This document shows, in pieces, positions 1 through 7,369 of a stretch of DNA of 17,544 nt. The DNA is from Candidatus Eiseniibacteriota bacterium (GTDB lineage Bacteria > Eisenbacteria > RBG-16-71-46 > JABDJR01 > JAWXBZ01): the NCBI GenBank assembly GCA_034440375.1, contig JAWXBZ010000187.1:1-17544 (forward strand), in the 5' to 3' direction. Positions within the stretch are counted from its first letter, which is position 1. Every line of letters starts with the position of its first letter. A program made the position numbers and the translations under genes. The notes beneath the pieces are model-generated. The model ran no database searches and was not told the DNA's origin. It saw only the letters and a list, made by a program, of their open reading frames with translations.

Positions 1-1490
1 CACCCCCACAGGACACCCGCCCCGACCGTGAAGAAAACCAGGACGAGGAGAAAGTTGCGACCGGCCATCGCCGCCGCTTCGGCCGCGGCGGGTGCGCCGA
101 TCCTGGGTGTGGCCGAGCCGATGATCGAGCCCTTGGCGGCCATCGTGTACAGGCCGGCGGCGAGGAGGATGGCGCCAAAGATCATCAGTACGCGCTTGAA
201 CGTGGCCGTCCGCGTCCGGTGCTCGACGTCGTTTGCCGATCGGGCCAGCGCATCGATGGCCAACGCGGCCAGCAGGGCCACGGCCAGTTGCGTCAGGATC
301 AACGCCATGCTCGGAACGCGAAACTTGTTGAACATCGGCAGGAGATTGAAGAGGGGGTCGTAGAGGATCGGGAATTCCTTGCCGAAGGAAACGAAGAGGC
401 CGATGACGCCGAGCGCGACCAGGAATTTCGTCAGACGGTCCTTCCAGCAAAGCACGGCGCCGAGGATGGCCAGGAAGAGCGGCAGGATCCCCATGTAATT
501 CGGCGCCTCGGTGAACGGCATCCATCCCCAGTAGGTGGCGTTGCCGAATCCGAAGAAGGATGGGATGAAAAAGGTCAGGATCTCCGCGGGGTGGAACGAC
601 CAGTTGGTGGCATATTCACGGGTCAGCCCCGCCCCTTCCGCGCCTCGAATCGACCAGTGGCTGTACTCCGTGACCGGAAGACTCACGACGGCCGAGGCGC
701 CAAGGCCTGCGACAACCGCCAGGCCGAACAGCGCCCAGGCAAGTCCAACATGGACCGGCTTTTTACCGGCTCGGAGAAGGCTTACGGTCAGGAACACCAT
801 GAGCAATCCCGCCGACAACAACGCGTAGTAAGTGATCTGCATATGCGACGTCACGATCGACAGCCCGACGGCCAGAGCCATCAGCGACCAGTTCACCGGC
901 CCCGGTTTCTCCATCAATCGATCGGCCGTGAGCAGGATCACCGGCAGAAACACCGTGGTGGCCAGCTTGGAATTGTGCCCGGCCATGACCCAGCCGATGA
1001 CATGCGTGCAGTAGACGAAGGCCACCGCCGCCATCAGCGCCGCGAACCGAGATTCGACGCGGCGCCGGGCCAGGAGGAACGTGAAGAGGCCGATCAGGAA
1101 GTACCAGGCGATCGGCTTGAGCCGGGGGCCCAGGGGTGCCAGCAGGGTGCTGAACGGGTTGGTACCCGGTGCCGCGATAAGACTGCCGAGGCTCGGCATT
1201 CCGCTGAACAGGTAGGGTGTCCAGAGCGGATACTCGCCGGTGGCTTTCACTTCATCGAGATAGGGGCGGTGACTCATCGAGGCGATGTTGTCCGGGGGGA
1301 GAAAGACCTTTCCCGAGAATACCATCGGCGAAAAGAAAACGAGGAGGGAGAGGACCAGGAAAACGAGGGCAACGGCGGTCGGATGCGTCCGAAAGATACC
1401 GGGCGGCGGGGTCTCGGCCACGCTTTGCGTGGGTCGTGATTCGGCCGGGGTCTTCCCCCGGGGTTTGGCGGTCGACTTGTCCTTGCTCAT
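1..1490 (-). CDS. YfhO-like polytopic membrane protein (putative GT-C glycosyltransferase), 3' end beyond the window
   Basis: Absent from the ORF track, probably because it runs off the window edge. Hand translation from ATG 1490 gives MSKDKSTAKPRGK...AVALVFLVLSLLVFFSPM...YPLWTPYLFSGMPS...GHNSK...HMQITYY...YWGWMPFTEAPNYMG...FRVPSM. It has many hydrophobic segments and motifs typical of YfhO-family proteins. The start overlaps the upstream GT stop (ATGA). Confidence 0.8.
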   Translation of the reverse strand, partial: MSKDKSTAKPRGKTPAESRPTQSVAETPPPGIFRTHPTAVALVFLVLSLLVFFSPMVFSGKVFLPPDNIASMSHRPYLDEVKATGEYPLWTPYLFSGMPSLGSLIAAPGTNPFSTLLAPLGPRLKPIAWYFLIGLFTFLLARRRVESRFAALMAAVAFVYCTHVIGWVMAGHNSKLATTVFLPVILLTADRLMEKPGPVNWSLMALAVGLSIVTSHMQITYYALLSAGLLMVFLTVSLLRAGKKPVHVGLAWALFGLAVVAGLGASAVVSLPVTEYSHWSIRGAEGAGLTREYATNWSFHPAEILTFFIPSFFGFGNATYWGWMPFTEAPNYMGILPLFLAILGAVLCWKDRLTKFLVALGVIGLFVSFGKEFPILYDPLFNLLPMFNKFRVPSMALILTQLAVALLAALAIDALARSANDVEHRTRTATFKRVLMIFGAILLAAGLYTMAAKGSIIGSATPRIGAPAAAEAAAMAGRNFLLVLVFFTVGAGVLWG

Positions 1491-2800
1491 CCGATCACCT
1501 CGTCAAAAGTCCGGGCCAGAAGCTCGGTGCGTCCGCGGCGCGACAGCCGTTCGATTTCATCCGGAAGGCCGGAGAACCGGACGCTGCCGGTCCGCTCGTA
1601 CTCGTCGATCCAGGCCGCCAGCGTTTCAGCCATGGCATTGACATCGTTTCGATCCACGACCACGCCGGCATTTGTCCGCCGAATCAGTTCGGCCACATCC
1701 CCTTCCGGCGCCACGGCCATGATCGGTCGGCGGGCGCCGAGATACTCGAAGACCTTTCCCGGCACGATCCCCTCACTGCCGGCCACGTCGTCGACGACGA
1801 GAAGCAGGCAAGCGGCGCCAAGCGTGTACCGCACGCTTTCGGCGTGGGGCTGGTGGCCGACTTCCTCCACGGTGCCTTTCAGCTCCGGGCGATGGAACAT
1901 CGCCCGGACCTCATCGCCGAACCGGCCGACAAAAATGGCCCGAAACCCCTCCGGACGGATACGCCCCGCTGCCAGCAACTGCACGACCGCCTGCAAAAAC
2001 GTGTCCGGATTCCGCACGCCGTACATGGAGCCTGTATAGACAATAGTGAAACGATCGAAGCGGACCGGCTCGACACCGGTCAGATCATCCGGGTCGAAGC
2101 CATTCTCGATCAGTCGAAAGTGAGCAGTATCGAGATCAGGGTACTTTCCGACCAGATCGCGGGCGATCCCCTTCCAGGCCACCACCACCCGGGACGCCTG
2201 CTCGACGCATGATTTTTCGAGGTGGCGATCCAGTGCCTTCGACGGACCGTGCCGAACCGGGGCGGAAAGAAATCCGGTCCAAGGATCGCGCAACTCGAAG
2301 ACCCACGGTCGTTTGACCCGACGGGCAATCCCCCGCCCAAGAAGCGCGCAAGTGTAGGGGGGGGATGACGAGAAGATCAAGTCAGCCCCCCACTCCCGGG
2401 CCACGCGCACGCCTGCCGGCAGGCCATGCACCATCCAGCCGACCCGCGCATCCGGAATGAAAAGCGCCCCCCGGACCGCCTGGGCCACCTTTTCCGACAG
2501 CGGCACCCGGGTCCCCGGGCGGTAATTCGTATTGACGTCTACCGCAGCCCCTTTTTTCTTACCGGTCAGCGACCGGTAAATCGAATAGGGCTCCAGGATC
2601 GGCGTCCGATGAACCGGCAACCCCACCGGAATCTCCTCGAGCAGCGATTCATCGCGCGCCGGATAGTCGCCGTCCTGAACCGTCAGAATAGCCGGCTCCC
2701 AGCCGAACTGCGGCAGGTACTTGGCGAACTTGAGGACACGCTGGACGCCGGGACCGCCGCTGGGCGGAAAGTAGTAGGCGACGATGAGGACTTTCTTCAT
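1487..2800 (-). CDS. Glycosyltransferase family 4 (GT-B fold), 437 aa
   Basis: N-terminal KKVLIVAYYFPPSGGPGVQR, plus ELRDPW, YTGS and PGKVFEYLGARRPI motifs. ATGA overlaps with both neighbours. Confidence 0.92.
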   Translation of the reverse strand: MKKVLIVAYYFPPSGGPGVQRVLKFAKYLPQFGWEPAILTVQDGDYPARDESLLEEIPVGLPVHRTPILEPYSIYRSLTGKKKGAAVDVNTNYRPGTRVPLSEKVAQAVRGALFIPDARVGWMVHGLPAGVRVAREWGADLIFSSSPPYTCALLGRGIARRVKRPWVFELRDPWTGFLSAPVRHGPSKALDRHLEKSCVEQASRVVVAWKGIARDLVGKYPDLDTAHFRLIENGFDPDDLTGVEPVRFDRFTIVYTGSMYGVRNPDTFLQAVVQLLAAGRIRPEGFRAIFVGRFGDEVRAMFHRPELKGTVEEVGHQPHAESVRYTLGAACLLLVVDDVAGSEGIVPGKVFEYLGARRPIMAVAPEGDVAELIRRTNAGVVVDRNDVNAMAETLAAWIDEYERTGSVRFSGLPDEIERLSRRGRTELLARTFDEVIG

Positions 2801-3939
2801 GGGGTGCCTCCCTCCCCCCGCGCGAAGGCCTCGAGCGCCTCGGCCATCGGCGTCCAGGAGTAGCGCTCCCGCTCGGCGGTGACCGCCGCCCCGAAGGTCG
2901 CCGCCCGATCCTCGCGGTAGAAGCGTGTGATGGCCGCCGCGAGCGCCTCCGGATCCTCCGGCGGCACGACATAGCCCATCCGGCCGTCGTGAACCACCTC
3001 GGGGAGGCCGCCAACATTGGTCGTGATGATCGGCGTGCCGTAATTCATGGCAATCTGGATGATGCCGCTCTGCGTGGCTGATTGATACGGGAGGACGACC
3101 ACGTCGGCGGCGTTGAAGAAGTCGCCAACCTCTTCGTTCGGGATGTAGCGGTCGTGCCAGAAAACGCGGGGGCCGATGCCGAGCCGGGCCACCTCCGACT
3201 TGTACGGTCTGTCATCCTCGTAGAATTCGCCGCCGATCAAGAGGCCGATATCCAGATCGGCGTCGACGCGCGCCATCGAACGGATCAGGTTGAGCAGCCC
3301 CTTGTAGGCCCGGATGAAGCCAAAGAAGAGGACAACGCGCTTCGTGCCGACGCCAAGCTGACGACGGGCTTCCTCGCGGGACTTGCCGGGAGGAAAGCTG
3401 GAGTAGACCGGGTGCGGTACCTCGCGGAACGGGGCGTCCGGCCGAAACTTGAGGAGATCCTCGCGGACGACCGCGGACTGGGCGATAAAGGTATCGACCT
3501 TTTCCATGACGCGGCGGGTCAGCCAGGCATCCCCCGGTCGGGGTTCGTGCGGGATGACGTTATCGAGCAGGAGGCAGGTGCGGCCAATTCGCCTGTTGTG
3601 CAAATGCCGCACGATCGTGTCGTATCCCGGCGCGAAAAAGGGCATCCAGTACTTGAAAACCGTCAGGTCCGGCTGCTGCCCCGCCGCCCACCGGGCGGCA
3701 CGACCCCACGAGAGGGGGTTGATTGTGTCGATCAGGGGATGGATATCCAGTGGCGGATCGGGCGGTGGTCCGTCATCATGCTGCGACGTACCCGGAAACA
3801 GGAACGATGGATACTGCCGCGAGAACGACAGGATGCTGACCCGGTGTCCACGAGCCGCCAGAGTTTGAGCCAGGAGATGCACAAAATGCGCGATACCGCC
3901 GCGATGCGGGTACGCCGTGCCGACCAGGACGAATTTCAC
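2797..3939 (-). CDS. Glycosyltransferase family 4, about 380 aa (probable GTG start at 3939)
   Basis: GTAYPHRGGIAHF, FFGFIRAYKGL, ADVVVLPYQSATQSG and TNVGGLPEVV motifs. Family-like sequence begins at VKFVLVG, and TACTGT lies 6 nt upstream of the GTG. Confidence 0.92.
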   Translation of the reverse strand: MKFVLVGTAYPHRGGIAHFVHLLAQTLAARGHRVSILSFSRQYPSFLFPGTSQHDDGPPPDPPLDIHPLIDTINPLSWGRAARWAAGQQPDLTVFKYWMPFFAPGYDTIVRHLHNRRIGRTCLLLDNVIPHEPRPGDAWLTRRVMEKVDTFIAQSAVVREDLLKFRPDAPFREVPHPVYSSFPPGKSREEARRQLGVGTKRVVLFFGFIRAYKGLLNLIRSMARVDADLDIGLLIGGEFYEDDRPYKSEVARLGIGPRVFWHDRYIPNEEVGDFFNAADVVVLPYQSATQSGIIQIAMNYGTPIITTNVGGLPEVVHDGRMGYVVPPEDPEALAAAITRFYREDRAATFGAAVTAERERYSWTPMAEALEAFARGEGGTP

Positions 3940-3945
3940 GCGTGG

Positions 3946-3951
3946 ACAGTA
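3946..3951 (-). promoter_or_regulatory. Putative -10 element (TACTGT) for a leaderless transcript of the glycosylation operon
   Basis: TAnnnT hexamer exactly 6 nt before GTG 3939, with no Shine-Dalgarno motif. Confidence 0.55.
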
Positions 3952-3977
3952 TCCCGCCGGTGGCCGGGCTACAAGCG

Positions 3978-4835
3978 ATGACAGAGGCCAGGACAATCCG
4001 CCCGCCGGATCGATCGGTCGAGCCGGCCTACTCGCGGTTGGCGCCGCACTACGATCGTGTCTTCGGGTCCTACGCGCGGGAACTGAACGGTTGGCTCATC
4101 CCATGGATCCGACGGCAGGATCCCCGTCCCGATTCCGTGGCCGACCTGGCCTGTGGCACCGGCACGACCGCCCTCGCGCTCGCCCGGGTGATTCCGCGGG
4201 TCCTGGCCATCGACCTCCGGCCGGAGTTCACCGCCATCGTTCGGGCGAGGGCCGGGAAGAGAGCTGCCACCCGTCACATCAGGACGCTCGTGGCCGACAT
4301 GCGGACCTTTCGCCTCGATCAGCCGGTCCAGCTGCTCACCTGCTTCTTCGACGCGCTGAATCATCTCCCCCGCCCGACCAACCTGTTACGCACCTTTCGT
4401 GCGGTGCACCGCGCCCTCGAGCCCGGCGGGATGTTTCTGTTCGACATCAACACGCCCTGGGCCCTGAAGAGGAGCTGGCCCGAGATGAAGGCCCTCTGGA
4501 AAGGAAAGGGGTGGTTCGCGGTGGCGCGGGGACGGTACGTGGAGGGTGGACAGAGTGCCGCAGGGGTCAGGACGTCCCGCGGCCATGGCGAATTCGACAT
4601 CCACTGGTTCGAGCGCGACCGGACCGGCACCTATCGTCCACGCGTCGAGCGCTTCCGCGAAATTGCCTGGACGAAGACGGAGATCCGTGCCGCGCTCAAG
4701 TCCGCCGGCTTTGTCGGAATCCGAACAGTCGATGAACCGGCCCTGGCACCATTCGTCGGCGAATCGGGTCGGGATCGAACGTTTTGGGTGGCACGGCGCG
4801 GGGAGGGGAACTCGTTCCGGAACGAGTTGGGATGA
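3978..4835 (+). CDS. Class I SAM-dependent methyltransferase, about 285 aa
   Basis: YSRLAPHYD N-terminus, motif I VADLACGTG, then AIDL, ADMRTF, TCFFDALNHL and LEPGGMFLFD. ATG 3978 is preferred over GTG 3942. Confidence 0.9.
   Translation: MTEARTIRPPDRSVEPAYSRLAPHYDRVFGSYARELNGWLIPWIRRQDPRPDSVADLACGTGTTALALARVIPRVLAIDLRPEFTAIVRARAGKRAATRHIRTLVADMRTFRLDQPVQLLTCFFDALNHLPRPTNLLRTFRAVHRALEPGGMFLFDINTPWALKRSWPEMKALWKGKGWFAVARGRYVEGGQSAAGVRTSRGHGEFDIHWFERDRTGTYRPRVERFREIAWTKTEIRAALKSAGFVGIRTVDEPALAPFVGESGRDRTFWVARRGEGNSFRNELG
4809..4828. repeat. Perfect 20-bp palindrome AACTCGTTCCGGAACGAGTT, copy 1
   Basis: Read directly; equals its own reverse complement. Lies in the last codons of the methyltransferase (NSFRNEL). 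21-bp identity with copy 2. Confidence 0.97.
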
Positions 4836-5059
4836 ACTCGCCTTTCTCGATATCGATTAGAAATAATCTCATCGCTGACGACGATTCTTGTTGACAATAT
4901 TTTCGCACTGACTGGTCCCTGCCCGCGGCCCCTCGATCACAGGCCCTCAACAAGGGCATCGCGGGCACTGGATCTCGTCTTGAGGCACCTTCCGAAGTCG
5001 CCGACGATTTCGTCGCCATCATCCCCCGGGACGTGACGCCCGGACGTCAAGGAGCCGGG

Positions 5060-5068
5060 TGATACATT
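5060..5068 (+). promoter_or_regulatory. Putative extended -10 element (TGATACATT) for a leaderless HNH transcript
   Basis: TGnTAnnnT ends 6 nt before ATG 5075. Confidence 0.6.
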
Positions 5069-5074
5069 TCTTGA

Positions 5075-6178
5075 ATGATCACTCACTGGACTACTTCGCT
5101 GACCCGGCTTACCAACGAGGCACTGCTCGTGCGCGTCCATGACCTCGCGCGCCGCGAGCGCCGGGCGACTGTCGGATTGATCGCCCACCTGGCCGAGCTG
5201 GATGAGAGACGCCTTTATCTCGACGAGGGATGTTCATCGCTTTTCACCTATTGCACCGAAGTCCTGCACTTTTCAGAACACGCCGCCTACAATCGCATCG
5301 AGTGCGCTCGGGCGGCGCGGCGATTTCCGCTGGTGCTGGATCGCCTGGCGGAGGGGTCGGTGCACCTGACAGCCGTTCGATTGCTGTCGCCGCACCTGAC
5401 GCCGGCCAATCATGCCGGGTTGCTTGATCGGGCGCGGCACCTGGGAAAGCGCGGGGTCGAGGAACTCATTGCAGCGATACGACCGCTGCCGGATGCGGCA
5501 ACGATGGTGAGGCGTCTATCGGCACGGAGGCCGGCAAGCAATTCACCGGTCGCGGCGATCCCGGTCCCAGCCGCGACGCTGCCATCCCATCAATCCGATG
5601 ACCCGACACCGCTGAAAGTCCGGCTGCCCGAGGCGGATCTCACGGCCGCGAAGTCCAACCTGGCCGCCGTTATCGCACCGCTCAGGCCCGGCCATTTCCG
5701 GGTCCAGTTCACGGCGGACCCTTCGATGCACCACGATCTCATGACGGCGCACGAGCTCCTGCGGCACCAGATTCCAGATGGTGATGCCGCCGCCGTCTTG
5801 AAGATGGCACTGAAGCTCCTGGTGGGCGAGCTCCGCCGGAAGAAATTTGCGACAACCGATCGACCGCGACGGAGCGCCCCGTCGGACCCCAACTCGCGCC
5901 ACATCCCCGCCGCCGTCCGTCGAGAAGTGGCGCGACGCGACGGCGACCGCTGCGCCTTCCATGGTCGGGATGGTCGCCGGTGCTCCGCGCGTGGCCCGCT
6001 CGAGTTTCATCATCTCGAGCCATTCGCCGTCGGGGGCCGGGCCACCGTCGACAACATCTCATTGCGCTGTCGGGCTCACAATTCGCATGAGGCGGTCAGA
6101 TGCTTTGGGCGGTTCCAACTCGTTCCGGAACGAGTTGTGTTCTCGGCGAATCCTGAGCTGTGTTCGGGCGAGGGCTAG
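5075..6178 (+). CDS. HNH endonuclease with a DUF222-like helical N-terminal region, 367 aa
   Basis: C-terminal RHIPAAVRREVARRDGDRC...RC...LEFHHLEPFAVGG...DNISLRCRAHN is an intact-looking HNH motif with Cys ligands. Helical N-terminus (LIAHLAELDERRLY...SLFTYC...AYNRI...ARRFP) and a Pro/Ala-rich linker. Confidence 0.9.
   Translation: MITHWTTSLTRLTNEALLVRVHDLARRERRATVGLIAHLAELDERRLYLDEGCSSLFTYCTEVLHFSEHAAYNRIECARAARRFPLVLDRLAEGSVHLTAVRLLSPHLTPANHAGLLDRARHLGKRGVEELIAAIRPLPDAATMVRRLSARRPASNSPVAAIPVPAATLPSHQSDDPTPLKVRLPEADLTAAKSNLAAVIAPLRPGHFRVQFTADPSMHHDLMTAHELLRHQIPDGDAAAVLKMALKLLVGELRRKKFATTDRPRRSAPSDPNSRHIPAAVRREVARRDGDRCAFHGRDGRRCSARGPLEFHHLEPFAVGGRATVDNISLRCRAHNSHEAVRCFGRFQLVPERVVFSANPELCSGEG
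6116..6137. repeat. Perfect 22-bp palindrome CAACTCGTTCCGGAACGAGTTG, copy 2
   Basis: Read directly; lies just after the HNH motif, within the last ~20 codons of the nuclease gene. Confidence 0.97.
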
Positions 6179-6228
6179 TTCATTGCGATTGCGCTGGGAT
6201 GGACTGACGGAGGGGCTGAATCGTCCCC

Positions 6229-6879
6229 GTGGCAAGTACGACCATTCGCCTGGTGGGCGAAGAGGTCGATGTCACACTTGAAGGTGACGGCTATCCAGGT
6301 GGCCGCGTCAACGTGACCTACTGGTTGGCCAACCCCGCTGCCACGCCGACGACGGTCGAGATGACGTTTCTCCTGCCGGCCGATGATCTTTGCGGACATT
6401 CCCAGGCTTCATCACGGACAACAGTTCCAGTATTCGACTCGATCGGCCCGCCTCTGGGCCGGGCGACTCGAATATGCGTATTTCAAATTCGGACGAATCG
6501 ACTCCCGAATCTTATGGCCGGCCGCAATCCCCTGATCAGCGAGTGCGCGTCGGCTTCCATCTCTCCTCCTGGCTGGTTCGTGGATGCCGGGGTCATCACG
6601 TGGCCCTTTGAGGATTGAGAGCCGGACGCCGATATCTCGCTCACCGACGAGTTCAGCCCAGTTGAAAATCCCTACGACGGCCGTTCGCGCCGGTACACGA
6701 CAGGGGAAATCCTCGAACGGATCCGGGACGTATTTACCGAGCTCCACGGGGATCCGACCTGTTCACCGCACCGGCGGAATGAGGTTGAACAAGCCAATCG
6801 AGAGATCTTCTCAGCACTCCAGGCCCAAGTCACTTTCGATCCCTCAACGCTGTTACCTTTTCCGCCGGCTGAAGAGTGA
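6229..6879 (+). pseudogene. Decayed gene interrupted by an in-frame TGA at 6616-6618; loosely resembles DUF4424/YARHG-type exported proteins
   Basis: The frame continues past the stop: ...ISPPGWFVDAGVITWPFED*EPDADISLTDEF...YDGRSRRYT...RIRDVFTELHG...NEVEQANREIF... to TGA 6877-6879. The N-terminal IRLVGEEVDV...VNVTYWLAN...TVEMTF recalls DUF4424. The family call is from memory only. Confidence 0.45.
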
Positions 6880-6917
6880 GTGACCGCTGCGGACAGCGCC
6901 GCTGGTAGCCTCGCCTG

Positions 6918-7363
6918 TCACTTCCTTCGCAGCGCTTCCAGTTCCTCCAGTGTCTTCGGCCAGTCCGCGCGCAACAGACGTGACAGGGCCCGGTCGGCCA
7001 GCAGACGGCCGGCACTTTGACAGACGGCGCAGTAATTGCACTCGTTCTCGGCATAAGCGATACGTTGTATTGGAGCGCCGCAATCGGGGCAGGGCTCTCG
7101 GAAACGGCCGTGAGCGGCCATCTCCGGGTGAAATGCCGTCACCTTCTCGGGAAATCCCGGCCCGGCTTTCATTCGCAATCGCTCGACCCAGATATGAATT
7201 GTCTCGCGGGTAGCTTCCGCCAGACGCACGATTTCGCCATCGCCGAGCCGGCGTGTCAGCTTCATCGGCGAAAGCCGCGCCCGATGAAGAATTTCATCGG
7301 AGTGCGCATTCCCAATTCCATCGAACAATCGTGGATCGGTCGGACGTCCGGGAGCTCAGGCAT
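6918..7363 (-). pseudogene. Fpg/Nei-family DNA glycosylase pseudogene (internal deletion with frameshift)
   Basis: ATG 7363 reads MPELPDV, the family's catalytic N-terminal signature. After 2 extra nt it joins, out of frame, [18 protein letters not shown] (H2TH) and a CPDC...CAVC zinc finger. The intervening N-terminal domain is absent. Confidence 0.88.
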
Positions 7364-7369
7364 GGCGCG

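Larger units (their letters stand above)
4809..6178 (+). mobile_element. Candidate palindrome-bounded HNH element (about 1.3 kb)
   Basis: A single nuclease gene with identical palindromes 1308 bp apart, one upstream of it and one in its tail. Mobility is inferred, not shown. Confidence 0.5.

Noticed and set aside
219-1439. 406-aa plus-strand ORF
   Set aside because: Antisense shadow of the YfhO-like gene; no recognisable motifs.
3082-3981. 299-aa plus-strand ORF
   Set aside because: Antisense shadow of the GT4 gene.
4809-6137. Palindromic repeats as a CRISPR array or intrinsic terminators
   Set aside because: Only two copies 1.3 kb apart, no spacers or cas genes, no loop or U-tract, and both lie upstream of the stop codons.
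6616-6618. TGA as selenocysteine or a recoded codon
   Set aside because: TGA is a normal stop for many genes here. There is no redox-motif context or evident SECIS, so a nonsense mutation is simpler.
6885-6898. Hairpin CGCTG-CGGA-CAGCG between convergent genes as a terminator
   Set aside because: Only a 5-bp stem and no U-tract on either strand.
7326-7363. Programmed frameshift restoring the Fpg/Nei gene
   Set aside because: No slippery sequence, and the catalytic domain would still be absent.
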